NCBI RefSeq assembly: GCF_001194135.2
Contig: NC_068996.1
Location: forward strand, 25,890,170 to 25,951,203
Reading direction: 5' to 3'
DNA: 61,034 nt
DNA from: Octopus bimaculoides
Lineage: Eukaryota
Both the position numbers and the translations under genes were made by a program. Of the stretch, positions 25,380-37,913 are shown piece by piece. The notes below the pieces were generated by a model. That model searched no databases. It was not told the origin of the DNA and worked only from the letters and a program-made list of their open reading frames with translations. Position 1 is the first letter of the stretch. The number at the start of each line of letters is the position of its first letter.

Positions 25380-25950
25380 TTGTGTTAGAACTGCGATGCT
25401 CTATGGTAGCGAGACATGGACATTGAATCCAGAGGACTTGAGAGGACTGGAAGGAAAGAAATGACAAGATCATGCTCTGGATGTTCAATGTAAGTGCACA
25501 TGAACGACTGTATAAATGGGCTGAGAGAAAAAACTGGGTATATGTAATGCACAAGAAACTGTAGATGTTGTGTGAACAAAAGAAGACTGTGCTGGTATGG
25601 ACATGTTATACATATGGATGAGGATGACTGAATAAAAATGTGCCAACCGCTTAACCCTTTGCTATTCAGATTATTATAACAAATGAAGGGCTTATCTATT
25701 TACAATGTCTTGAATTAATCATGTAATATCTTGTAGCTTCACAATCTTGGTGATGCTATTATTCATTTTGAGAATGACATTGCAGAGAAGGTGTAAGATG
25801 CTAGATCAGGCTGGTTTGAATGTAAAACTGGCTAAATATTAGGGCCAAATATGGCCAGTTTAAATGGTAAAGGGTTAATGTGGATGGAACTTGTGGAAGA
25901 TAGACTCAAGAAGACATGGAACAGAGAGGTGAAGGCTGACCCGTGTCTGA
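25380..25950 (+). mobile_element. RTE LINE 3' fragment interrupted by a MITE
   Basis: [24 protein letters not shown]...; removing the MITE restores ...CQPLNVDGTCGR. Confidence 0.8.
25655..25874. mobile_element. piggyBac-type MITE with a perfect TTAA duplication
   Basis: TTAA(25651-54)|ccctttgctattc ... aatggtaaaggg|TTAA(25875-78); same family as 15358-15574. Confidence 0.85.
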
Positions 25951-26320
25951 TAGATGAGATGATAAAATGCTGGGGTGACTGTTCATATGCAGTTCTGGAG
26001 GAACTTGCCCATATCGATTAAAATAAATTCTGAAGCACAATATGCACAAGTGGTACCTTCACCTAATTTCTTCCTTAAGACACCTCCACCACCCATCATA
26101 TCTCTAACTGCAGCTTTTTGTTGATACTACTCATCTTCCTTGCTGTCTGGAACCATTTCACCACCACCATATCCCACTATCATATGTCTCTCATTCTCCT
26201 CATGCACTATATTTGCCTCTCCCCACCCAAACTCTGGCAATCTACCCAGTCACTCATCATCTTTCTCTCTGCCTACAGTTGAAACTCAGAGTAGTAAGTG
26301 GTTAATTCAATCAAAATACA

Positions 26321-26369
<49 letters not shown>

Positions 26370-26403
26370 ATTTTAACAGAATCAAGCAAGTTAAGGGTGG
26401 TTG

Positions 26404-27310
26404 CGAGGTGGTATCAAAAAAGTTTCCTGAACTAGTTATGTTTAATAAAAAAAAATTATTTACCTATGTTTTAACATCATCTCCTTCAAAATAGTCACAT
26501 TGCACAGCAATACATTAGTCCCAGCATTTCTGCTACTTTTGGAATCTGGTCTGGGAGTTGTTTTCTGTGAATGAGTTCCTCTGGATTTCAACAACAGTGT
26601 TAAAATGGCAACCTTTGAGCTGTATTTTCATCTTAGGGACAAGATAGAAGTCTGCAGGTGCTAAATCTGGCAAATAGTGCCGGTGTGGAAGTGATACCAT
26701 GCTGTTTTGGGGGAGAAACTCATGAGTGAGGAAAGCTTGGTGACAATATTGTTGTGAATTGTCATTGTGAAGAATCTAATTCTTTGTATTCCACAGATCT
26801 AGTCACTTTTGTCAAATGTCCTCCCTCAAATGCTTCAAAATGTTGCAGTAGAGCTCTCAGTTGATGATCTGGTCCTAGGGAATGAATTCTCAATGCACAA
26901 TACACACTTATAAGGGTGATGTTTGTGGCAGATCTTCCAGATTGTTCATCGTCTTCCAGGGACATCTTTCCAATTTTGAAGCACCTATGTCGCTCGAAAC
27001 ATTGCATATGACCCATTGCCTCATTGCCATAGGCTTGCCAAAGCATGCTCAATGTCTCTGTAGCAGACTTCTCAAGTTTAACACAAAATGTCATGTTTGC
27101 TCTTTGTTCTTGTCCATGACAAAATTGCAGACTACAGCAAACATGTGATCACAAAAACACAAATTTCACAATTTGTGATGTAAACACAGCAATGTCACTC
27201 GGCATTCTACCTCATTAAGGTCACTACTAGCTCTCACTGTGCATGCAACTGTGTACTACCATCTGTTGGCATGCTACAGAACTAGTATGGGAACTTTTGA
27301 TGCCACCTCA
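26404..27310 (-). mobile_element. Internally deleted mariner
   Basis: TIRs cgaggtggtatcaaaaaagtttcctgaactagt and actagtatgggaacttttgatgccacctca; FCVKLEKSATETLSML...SLEDDEQSGRS N-terminus fused to the C-terminal part. Confidence 0.9.
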
Positions 27311-27874
27311 ATATAACAGGTCAGGATATTAGCATTTTTGCAATGAATATTGCCACTAGGTACACGCACATATGAGCATGTGTGTGTTTGTGTGTGTGTG
27401 TGTGCATGCATGCATGCACACACTTGCATGTGCACTCCCCTTCTACCAGACCCCTTATGAGTAAAAGACCAGTTGTAAAAATATGGCCTGTTGATAACTT
27501 TGCATTTTCTGCAAAATACACAGAAAAGCTACCACACCTCTTAGGAAAATTTTGGTAGCAGTATAGAAGTATGAGATCAGAAAAGATGTGAATTGATTTA
27601 TGGCTGTTTATTTTAAATTATTCTAGATAAAGAAGCATGTGTATTTTTTCTTCTTTTTTGTATCTATGTCAGCCGATCTGAACGAGCATTAGTATGTCCC
27701 GGAAAGAGCCCTCAAAAGATAATTAATGGGCTGTGAATTCCACAACATACTTTTACTTGAAAAAAGTATGAAAAATATGTCATTGAATCTCAAATGTGAC
27801 ATAAAATAAAGTATTATAAAATTGAACCCAGAATTTTGTTTCATTTTTCATTTGTAAATACTCTTTTTTTCCTC

Positions 27875-28083
27875 TTTTTACTTGTTTCAGTCATTTGACT
27901 GCAGCCATGCTGGAGCACCACCTTTAGTCGAGCAAATCAACCCCAGGACTTATCCTTTGGATGCCTAGTACTTATTCTATCAGTCTCTTTTGCCGAACTG
28001 CTAAGTTACGGGGACGTAAACACACCACCATCAGTTGTCAAGTGATGCTAGGGGGACAAACACAGACACACAAACATATACAC

Positions 28084-28115
<32 letters not shown>

Positions 28116-28895
28116 GTAATATTTTATTTTATTTAAAAGAGTTCCAACTCTGTCTGTTTTTTATGTTTTTTATCTATATTCTTGTAAAATTTATGTGGGA
28201 TATAGAATGTGGAATATATAATATATAATATAAAAAAAGATGGATGGTACAATGAAATGAAGTATTGAATGTCTTATTGAATATANNNNNNNNNNNNNNN
28301 NNNNNNNNNNNNNNNNNNNNNNNNNNNNNNNNNNNNNNNNNNNNNNNNNNNNNNNNNNNNNNNNNNNNNTACCACAAGGTATAGAAAATATGTATTCGCC
28401 TTCATATATTTATATATTTATATATTTAATCCTTTATATTGAACACTCAATATTTCATATATTCAATAAGACATATTCCATATATTCAATAAGACATTCA
28501 ATACTTCATTTCATTGTACCATCCATCTTTTTTTATATTATATATTATATATTCCATATTCTATATCCCACATAAATTTTACAAGAATATAGATAAAAAA
28601 CATAAACAACAGACAGAGTTGGAACTCTTTTAAATAAAATAATATATTCCTCTATACACGATCATACAAAACCCTTTTTTTTGTATTTATTTTTATTCAC
28701 ATATATATATGTATATATGTATACATATCTACGACAGGCTTCTTTCAGTTTCCGTCTACCAAATCCACTCACAAGGCTTTGGTCGGCCCGAGGCTATAGT
28801 GGAAGACACTTGCCCAAGTTGCCATGCAGAGGGACTGAACCTGGAACCATGTGGTTGGCAAGCAAGCTACTTACCACACAGCCATACCTGCACCT
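27875..28895 (-). mobile_element. Microsatellite-linker SINE split by ~600 bp of inserted or misassembled sequence
   Basis: 3' half at 27875-28110 and 5' half at 28730-28895 match the two halves of 2398-2792. Confidence 0.7.
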
Positions 28896-29029
28896 ATGAA
28901 TATATGAATATATTTTAGTTCTAAATCTCAGAGTTTTAACTACTCACTGTATTTTTTAAGCTGGTGAAGGCCTAGATCAGTACAGCATTGGGATGCAGAT
29001 ACTCTACGTGCTTGTAAAGGAAGGTTATT

Positions 29030-29240
29030 ATCAATCAGCATTCAGATTACTCTGTCAAATGTAATGTTTATTTATTCATACTGTTTTTAATTGATCATGC
29101 AGTCTCATAGCTTTGTGATTTCAATGATGTGTTTATTTTAAAAATGATATTGTAGGGTAGGTGTGAGAGACAAATCTAGCTGATCTGAAGATGAAACAGG
29201 TAGAATATTTTGGTCAGATATGGCTGGTTTAAATGCTGTA
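29030..29240. mobile_element. piggyBac-type MITE copy lacking termini
   Basis: cagcattcagattactctgtcaaatg...gtttaaatgct matches the interiors of 15358-15574 and 25655-25874. Confidence 0.7.
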
Positions 29241-29454
29241 GTCAATAGTCATATCACCTTCACCATCACAACCATCTTCATCATCATTGTAATTTTATTC
29301 TTTTATTCTTTTACTTGTTTCAGCTATGTGGCTGTGGTCATACTGGAGCACCATTATGGTCTTTCTGATTTCCTCAGTCTGGGGTGTTTCACATTATCAC
29401 TCCTGTATCTGCCTTTGCCCCAGCAATTGGCCCATTTGGTGTATAAGGGAGTTT

Positions 29455-29705
29455 AATTCTGCTGCCCTTGTGTGCACCTCACATTAAGCTGTTGGTTCAT
29501 CTGGTATTATGGAGAGGAGTATGTCTAGTTCATTTTTGAAGACATCTACTCCTGCCTTATGCAAATTTCTTAATTTTTGTGGCAGGTTTGGAAAAGCTCT
29601 GGCATGATTTGGACAAGCTCTCTGAGGCACTACTTTATGACCAGACATTTTTCCTATTGCCAACTTTTTAACCCACCTCTCATGACATACACCAAACATG
29701 GTGTA
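29455..29705 (-). mobile_element. CR1-type LINE ORF2 C-terminal fragment
   Basis: FPNLPQKLRNLHKAGVDVFKNELDILLSIIPDEP resembles the CR1-group C-terminal WNxLP...FKxxLD motif. Confidence 0.7.
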
Positions 29706-29789
29706 CCTTTTTAAAAACCAGAATACAATAAATATTTTGTAAGAATTTTGTCTTTCAGAATTAAGTTTCTACAACTTGCTGCTATGAAA

Positions 29790-29907
29790 GATGGACTCAG
29801 TAACTCGGACTTGTTAAGATGGGCTTGGTCAGTTAGGCTCAGTGTGATGGGCTTGATCAGTTGAGCTCAGTGTGATGGGCTTGATAAGTTAAGTTTAGAA
29901 AGATGGA
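29790..29907. repeat. 28-bp degenerate minisatellite, ~4 units
   Basis: Units start with gatgg at 29790, 29818, 29846, 29874 and 29902. Confidence 0.85.
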
Positions 29908-30636
29908 TTAATTCTGGTGAAGTAAAGAAAGGAAGGAAGGAAGGAAGGCAACCTTGAAATTATAAATTAAAATGAATTAAAACAAAAAAGCAAGTCAGCA
30001 ATGCAGTGGTTAGTGAGTCATCTTGTCAATACAATCACAACACTAGGAATATTTCAGCTTTATTAGACCTCTCCAGTGAAGTTTAATTTTTATAGCAACT
30101 GCTGACAAAGTCAAATGCTGTTTTGCAATGTTCTCATATCTATCATATATATTGCTAGTATCAGGCAAGAGAGATAGCATCATCTGGAGAGAGAAACTGG
30201 GTCTCAAACTGAGTTTGTTGTCTTAATTTATCTCTTTGACACATGTTCATCTTACTCTATAGTACCAATCTGTCAGTTTACCATCATTTTAACATCCAGT
30301 TTTCCATGCTTGCATGGGTCAGATGAAGCGTATTAAGGCAGATTTTCTATTGTTGGATGCCCTTCCTGTAACCAATCCTCACCTGTTTCCAAGTGAGGTA
30401 ATATTACCCACAGCCATGCATGTTTTCAATGAATATCAGAAATGAATGACACTGCTCGTATGACAGTCACATTTGTTTACAACTATCATGCAATGTTAAG
30501 ATAAGAAACACAAAATTACACATACTAACATATACATATATGCATGCACACACTTACACACACACACACATTCTCTCTCTCTCTCTCACATACACACATA
30601 AATTATGTATGTGTGTGTGTGTGTATGTGTGTGTGT

Positions 30637-30676
<40 letters not shown>

Positions 30677-30677
30677 C

Positions 30678-31204
30678 TTAACAATATAGTGAATTAAATT
30701 TTTTTTTTAACCTTAAATTTTCAAGTTGAAAAGTCCTTTTCAAAAAGGTATTATTCTAAACAATTGTTTGTATTTGGTTCAGAAAGGCAAACGAAAATTT
30801 TCTGGTCTAAAAACCATGATGTTGGTAGCATTCCATTTGATCTAAAAGTTCAAAAGCTATTTTTCCATCACTTTTTCTTAGCAAGTCATTTGAAGTGACT
30901 ATTAAATATTTTTATTCAACATCTATGAGAAAAAAAAAAAAAAAAATTTTTAAATGAATGAAAAATAACTTTTGAACTTTTGGTCAACTGACAGCCTGTA
31001 AGATCATAGAATTCCACAAGCACCACTACTTTTAGAGCAGAAAATTTTGATTTACCCTTTGGGACTGTTCATTTTCAAAATGGTTTAAACAACATTTTTA
31101 AAACAAATTGTTTTTAAAATAGTCATTTGAAAAGTACTTTTTATTTTTAAAGTTGAAAGTTTAAGATATAAAAAGGAAAATATGCTCCATTTGAGCATTG
31201 TTAA
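30678..31204. mobile_element. Old fold-back/MITE-like element with ~190-bp degenerate inverted arms
   Basis: TTAACAAT...ATTGTTAA ends; paired blocks aaaattttctggtctaaaa / ttttagagcagaaaatttt and aaaagttcaaaagctatttt / aaaataacttttgaactttt. Confidence 0.7.
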
Positions 31205-31219
31205 AGCTTTTGCATGAGA

Positions 31220-31480
31220 CTGGTGCATGGCTTAGTGGTTAGGGTGTTGCACTAATGATCTAGTGATCGTGATTTCAATTCCTAGACTGAATGGTGCATT
31301 GTGTTCTTGAGCAAAACACTTCACCTCATGTTGCTCTGTGATCACTTCAACATCTAACACGTGGTACACAGTGCACCTGTTCAGACAATGTCAATTTGAT
31401 GGAGGGAGTGAGCTAATGAACATTTGATCCCTTGTTGTCATTCAGCTTTTGCTGAATGCATATACGTTATCTTCAAAGGG
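31220..31480 (+). mobile_element. SINE, head B with another tail
   Basis: gcatggcttagtggttagggtgttgcac...cttgagcaaaacactt. Confidence 0.7.
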
Positions 31481-31803
31481 AGAGTCCATCATATATCTTT
31501 CTATCTCATAAAACTTCTAAAATATCTCATATACTTCACTTAAATATATATCATCATTATTATCATCATCATTTAACATCCTTTTTCCCAAGAAGGCATT
31601 GGCCTGGACAGATCGACAAGAGTAGACAAGCCTGAGGCTTCCGATAAGTTCTATGTGTGCTTTGACATGGGATCTACAGCTGGATTCCCTTCCCTAACCA
31701 ACCATTTAACAAAGTATACTGGCTGCTGTTTACATTGGCACCAGCACTGTGAGTGAGTATAGACATGAGACTATAATAAAGGGAGAGGAGCAGGTGTCTT
31801 GCT

Positions 31804-31838
<35 letters not shown>

Positions 31839-31949
31839 TTGCTTTGCAACCATGCAGTTTTGGGTTCAGTGTCTTAATATAACCCTGGACTGACTAATGT
31901 CTTGGCTGATGAAAACTGTGTCAAAGCCCATCTCACACATACACATAAG

Positions 31950-32535
31950 TGGAGGTGTGGTTGTGTGATAAGAAACTAGCTTCCCAACCACATGGTTCCA
32001 GATTCAATCCCACTGCATGGCATCTTGGACAAATGCCTTGTATTACAATCTTAGACTGACCAAAGCCTTGTGAGTGGGTTTGGTAAACAGAAATTAAAAG
32101 GAGCCCATTATATGCATGTGTGCATGGGCGGAGTCAAAGGACTGAAACAAGTAAAAAAAAAAAAGGTGCAGGCATAACTGTATGATAAGAAGCTTGCTTT
32201 GCAACCACAGGGTTTCAGGTTTGATCCCACTGTGTGGCACCTTGGGCAAATGTCTTCTACTATAGCCTCAGGCTGGCCAAAACCTTGAGAATGGATTTGC
32301 TGTATGAAAACTGAAAGAAGCCTGCTGCATGTGTGTGTGTTCACCACCACTTGACAACTGGTGTTGCTATGTTTATGTCCCCATAACTTAGAGGTTTGGC
32401 AAAAGAGACCAAAAAAATAAATACCAGACTTATAAAAAAAGTGAAGTACTGAGGTCAAATCATTCAACTAAAATTCTTCAAAGCAATGTCCCAGCATGGC
32501 TGCAGTTTAATGACTGAAACAAATAAAAGATGAAA
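31950..32535 (+). mobile_element. Head-to-tail pair of microsatellite-linker SINEs
   Basis: Deleted copy at 31950-32160 followed directly by a full copy at 32165-32535. Confidence 0.75.
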
Positions 32536-32723
32536 GTTAACTGAATATTAATCTAGCACTAGCACTCTTCCAACATGCCAAAATAAAAAGACTGGAGCAG
32601 CATTGTTTGAATTTTGTTTCTATGAAATAATAGAAAACAATAACTATAAAAATGAAATTTGAGATCATAAATGAACAAAAAGCTTGAAGAACCATTGAAG
32701 TCAATGGCTGGCAGAAAATGAAT

Positions 32724-32822
32724 AATCTTGAATGTAAGTTTTTATTTCATCATAATATTAAGTATATGTACCAGTGATACATGTACATAATGTTATGATG
32801 AAATAAACTTACATTCAAGATT
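32724..32822. repeat. 99-bp near-perfect hairpin
   Basis: Arms 32724-32770 and 32778-32822, 7-nt loop CCAGTGA, one 2-nt indel and 3 mismatches. Confidence 0.9.
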
Positions 32823-33544
32823 TTCTTTTGTCTGTTATGAGAAAAAAAAATGATTAACAAATGAGGTTTCATTAAAAGTTGTCATTAGCTGATCCTTTAT
32901 TAATTACATTTTTAAACTTTTCATTAATGTCTTTTAAAATTCCTACAATTTCCTTGTAAAATACTTTCAAAGTTTGAATTAATTTCAGTGTCAATTAATC
33001 AGTTGTATCCAAGACATTAGTCACTGGGAAACAGACAGTTTCAATTTTTTTTCATTGCCACTGACAACAGAATGTTTTTTTTTTTTCATAACAGTCTCCA
33101 AAGAATACTTCAGTTGCATGTTATCGTGTTCTAACTCATATTGTTCCATTGTAATTGACTTCAAGTAGTCATTGTTATTAGCAGTCACTGGTCTCGAGAT
33201 TTCATTGGAATCTATTGGTAGAAAATGCTAAAATAATTTTATAAAAAACATTTTATTTTAAAATAATTTTATAAAAAACAGTTTCGGTCATTGAGACTTT
33301 TTCAGCTCTAAGTATGGAAAACAATTAAATTTTGGAAAAATGAAATTTTGGGAAAATTAAATGAAAAATTTTTTAAAAGAATATTTGCATAGTATTCCAA
33401 TACAAGGGGCATTTTCCTTGTTTCTGCCTGTCTCTGTCTCTCTTGTTTACTCTTGTGGGTTCGAGGTACTAAAATGTATTTAAAAAATTTTTTTATCATT
33501 TTCTACCTTGACTTTTTTTCCATATGTATATATATTTATATCAG

Positions 33545-33930
33545 AGAAACACCATCTAACTGGCAATAGTGCAGAGGTGCAGAGAGAAGCTGTGAATGAT
33601 GATATCGAAACAGCAACAAATTTATTCTAGAAACATAGAAGAAATAACAGAGGAATATGGTTACACATCCTCACAAATTTTGATGTAGATGAAATGAACC
33701 TATTTTGGAAGTGCATGCCAGCAAGAAGCCACACTGCAGAAAGTAAAAAAAAAGCACACTCTGATGTCAGTTTTTAAAGTAACTAAAGATCGGTTAACAT
33801 CAATGCTTGGAGGTAATGCAGCTGGAGACTAAATCAAAACCTATACTTGTGCATCATGCTGAAGATACAAGAGTTATTAATGGCCTTGAAACATCTACAC
33901 TTGCGCTTTTGAAAAATAAAAAGTTTCAGC
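33545..33930 (+). mobile_element. Tigger/pogo transposase DDE-domain fragment
   Basis: Frameshifted translation ...EEYGYTSSQIF-VDEMNLFWKCMPARS...KVTKDRLTSMLGGNAAGD-KPILVHHAEDTR, matching the TIGD1-like IFNVDET...KDRLTLLLGANAAGD. Confidence 0.85.
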
Positions 33931-34323
33931 TGCTGTGCCACTGTTCGAAGATTGGTTTGTTTTTCACATCACTTTCAAGTCATAAGACATTTTAACAAGA
34001 AAAATATTGTTTCATTATCAGAGATAATATGTATTTTGTCATGCTTAGTCTCTACCACATTATCATCCAAATATTAGGTTAATGTTTATGTCATCAAATA
34101 TAACATCTCTTTTGTGAAAAATTGGACTAAATGTTACTGCAACATTTAAATAGTATTATCTTTGACGTGTATTTGATTAATTAATAAATGTTAAGGAAGG
34201 ATGATGCCCAACACCAAAAGAATTATGGAAATTATTCAATATTCTGGGTCTAGTAAGTGTAGTAAAAATAATTTAAAAAAATTATAATAAAAAGAGTTTG
34301 GAAAACAGTTATACAGAGTCAGT

Positions 34324-34723
34324 GGAGGCGCAATGGCCCAGTGGTTAGGGCAGCGGACTCGCGGTTATAGGATCGCGGTTTCAATTCCCAGACCGGGCGT
34401 TCTGAGTGTTTATTGAGCGAAAACACCTAAAGCTCCACGAGGCTCCGGCAGGGGATGGTGGCGAACCCTGCTGTACTCTTTCACCACAACTTTCTCTCAC
34501 TCTTACTTCCTGTTTCTGTTGTGCCTGTAATTCGAAGGGTCAGTCTTGTCACACTGTGTCATGCTGAATATCCCCGAGAACTACGTTAAGGGTACACGTG
34601 TCTGTGGAGTGCTCAGCCACTTGCATGTTAATTTCACGAGCAGGCTGTTTCGTTGATCGGATTCGGATCAACTGGAGCCCTCGACGTCGTAAGCGACGGA
34701 GAGCCAATACCGTCGCAAGCAAC
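34324..34723 (+). mobile_element. Young tRNA(Arg)-like SINE (head A, tail X) with a 13-bp TSD
   Basis: TSD ATACAGAGTCAGT at 34311-34323 and 34724-34736; CpGs retained. Confidence 0.92.
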
Positions 34724-35575
34724 ATACAGAGTCAGTTTGATATCCACTTTATCATGCTTGCATAGATCAGACAAAATTTGCTAAGGCAGATTTTCTACAA
34801 CTGGAAGCTCTTTCTGTTGCAAACACTCATCTGTTTCTAAGCAAGATAGTATTTCCCTGTGGCTGGACATTTTTCACAGAATACTGGAAACAAGGAGGCA
34901 AATTGTATGACAGTGACACTCGTTTTCATTTATCATGTAATGTCAAGATAAAGTGATTTTGATGATGTGATTATATATATATTTTAGAATGATATTGTGG
35001 GATAGGTGTGAGAGGCCAGATCTAGTCAGTTTGAACATAAGACAGGTAAAATACTTGGGCTGGATAAGGCCAGTTTAATGCTAAAGAGTTAATAAATTAC
35101 TGGTGCATTATTTTGTTTCAATTCAGATATATTCTCTTGGACTTGGCTTTCATTGGATTGCGGCCTTGCTGGAGCACCACTTCGTAGTTTTAGATGACTA
35201 ATTCAACCATAGTACTTATTTTAAATCTGGAACTTATTCTCTCAGTCTTTTTTTTTGGTTGCCAAAATGCTAAGTTTTGGAGATGTAAACAAACTAACAC
35301 TAGTTGTCAAGTAGTGTAGGATCAAACACAACATTTGATTGATCACATATGTCTGCCCATAAAAAAATATACAAAGACAAGGAGTTTACATATGTTTATA
35401 CAGTGTTTGTGTTTGCACCAGTCAGGTGGGATTCATTGAGATAGATTTTCTATGGATGGATGCCCTTACTGTTGCCAACCCTCACCTATTTCCAAGCAAA
35501 GCAAAGTGGTCACGATGCATTTTGCATTGTTTTAGTCTTTAAATAATGCCACCCTGCTGGCTAGGNNNNNNNNNN

Positions 35576-35619
<44 letters not shown>

Positions 35620-35724
35620 GCTTACTTTTTACTCAACCTGATACTATAAATGCATGCATCACACCAATACCATCCTGCCACACACAGTAGCTAAATGTAC
35701 ATATTATAACACTGTAACATATTA

Positions 35725-35835
35725 TATAACCTGATGAGGTTTCTTCTGCACTGTGGGATGCCTTTGATTTCATTGTATCGTTCCTCACCCTGCCAGGGAG
35801 CAGTGCAGATGTAAGCCGAAATGATCATTGTGTTA
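35725..35835 (+). ncRNA. Type I hammerhead ribozyme motif with an extended stem II and a weak stem I
   Basis: CUGAUGA 35731-37; GGUUU/AAGCC plus UCUGCACUG/CAGUGCAGA; GAAA 35818-21; palindromic AUGAUCAU; AUU triplet; the 3' strand GUGUUA pairs poorly with the adjacent UAUAAC. Confidence 0.7.
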
Positions 35836-36419
35836 AGTAGACCTTGCAGTGCACTCTGTCTTCTTTGTCAATTATTTAAAATATACTAAACGTGCATCAA
35901 GTAGATCCTGTGACTAAAGTCCAGTACCACAGATGATGTCTGGTAGTCATATGCAGTGAATGTGTTCCCATGGCACACTACTAGGGACATACCTGAAACA
36001 AGGTTTGAATATTACATTNNNNNNNNNNNNNNNNNNNNNNNNNNNNNNNNNNNNNNNNNNNNNNNNNNNNNNNNNNNNNNNNNNNNNNNNNNNNNNNNNN
36101 NNNNNNNNNNNNNNNNNNNNNNNNNNNNNNNNNNNNNNNNNNNNNNNNNNNNNNNNNNNNNNNNNNNNNNNNNNNNNNNNNNNNNNNNNNNNNNNNNNNN
36201 NNNNNNNNNNNNNNNNNNNNNNNNNNNNNNNNNNNNNNNNNNNNNNNNNNNNNNNNNNNNNNNNNNNNNNNNNNNNNNNNNNNNNNNNNNNNNNNNNNNN
36301 NNNNNNNNNNNNNNNNNNNNNNNNNNNNNNNNNNNNNNNNNNNNNNNNNNNNNNNNNNNNNNNNNNNNNNNNNNNNNNNNNNNNNNNNNNNNNNNNNNNN
36401 NNNNNNNNNNNNNNNNNNN

Positions 36420-36471
<52 letters not shown>

Positions 36472-37873
36472 GTTTCTCACAGTTTCCAAAGTGCTGTGCA
36501 GTGAAACTAAATCCATAACCACATGGTTGTGAAGCCAACATAGGATGTAATAGATAAATGTGAATAATTTGCCTTTATAACAATGTCTTTGACTACACTC
36601 ATGATTTATTAATCAAACTATCTACCTTTAATAAGAATGGATTTAAAAGTAATGCCTCTGTGGACAGATAAGGTACATAGCTGATGATGAAATCCTAAAA
36701 CAAACTTGTAACTAATCTACCTGATCCCTCTTTGTCTGCCCATAAAAAAATATACAAAGACAAGGAGTTTACATATGTTTATCCAGTGTTTGTGTTTGCA
36801 CCAGTCAGGTGGGATTCATTGAGATAGATTTTCTATGGATGGATGCCCTTACTGTTGCCAACCCTCACCTATTTCCAAGCAAAGCAAAGTGGTATTTTCT
36901 CATGATCAGACATGTTTTCAGAGAAGAAAAGAAATAAATGGTATTTATATGATGGTGATGTTTGTTCATAACAATCATATGATGCCCAAGACAAATGTAC
37001 AAACAAACACATCTGCGTGCGTGTGTGTGTGTATATACATGTATATAAAAAATGGGATCCCTTTTAGTTATCATCAACCAAATCCACTCATAAGGTAGGC
37101 CCTGGGCTATAGGTGAAGAGGCTTACCCAAGGTGCTACACAGTGGGACTGAACCCAAGACCAAGTTGGGAAATGAACTTCTTAATCACATAGCCATGACT
37201 GAAAGAAATAACAATCTCACTGCCTGTATATCAGTGTACTTAAAAAAAAAAGATGAATGGGAATTCTACCCCAGGAGGAATTCGGTGATGATGGGGTGGG
37301 GGAAGTCAACATTTCTATATATGCATTATTTTGTATTATTTGGGATGGGGTATATAATCTCAAAGACTACCCAGGGTAGCGTAATTCCTTGTTACATTAT
37401 TGTAGCTATATGAGATTTTTTATTTCACTGAAATAAAGAGAGAAGATAATGGTAAGACTAAAAAAAAAAAGAAGAATACAGGAGATCTTGTGGTATTCAT
37501 CCAGTTTTGTGACATGGACCCTAAGTAGAGAGCTACAGCAGCATGGAATGGACCCGATATTCTATTGTGTCAAAGAGCAATACATTTTGGAAACAATGTT
37601 CTTGATACAGATCTAAATCTGTTTGGATGGACAATAATGCATACATAAAGACACGCATGCACACAGACATACATATAGATATGTATACATTTACATATAC
37701 ACACATATATATCAACGTATGATATTTATGCACATCCACTCATAATTAAACATTAACTGAAAAGGCATGCAATACAGTAAACTAAAAATAAAATTTATTG
37801 TTACAAGGAGCCTTTCATTACACACAGATATGTGTGTTAGTATTTGACTAATATATGTGTATATATTTTTATG

Positions 37874-37913
<40 letters not shown>

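Noticed and set aside
28120-28645. Near-identical ~165-bp inverted repeat (28120-28285 versus 28480-28645)
   Set aside because: One arm ends exactly at an N-gap; most likely overlapping contig ends or a mis-orientation artefact. Long reads are needed before treating it as a fold-back.
34324-34400. tRNA-like sequences at SINE heads (also 3943 and 39948)
   Set aside because: They run into SINE bodies bounded by TSDs; not tRNA genes.
35738-35810. Plus-strand exon-like frame VSSALWDAFDFIVSFLTLPGSSAD with a GTAAGC donor
   Set aside because: No pyrimidine-rich acceptor, and the sequence is better explained as hammerhead stem II.
35350-36893. 161-bp direct duplication (35350-35510 and 36733-36893, one mismatch)
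   Set aside because: Lies among two gaps and is joined abruptly to unrelated repeats; likely a gap-filling or haplotype artefact.
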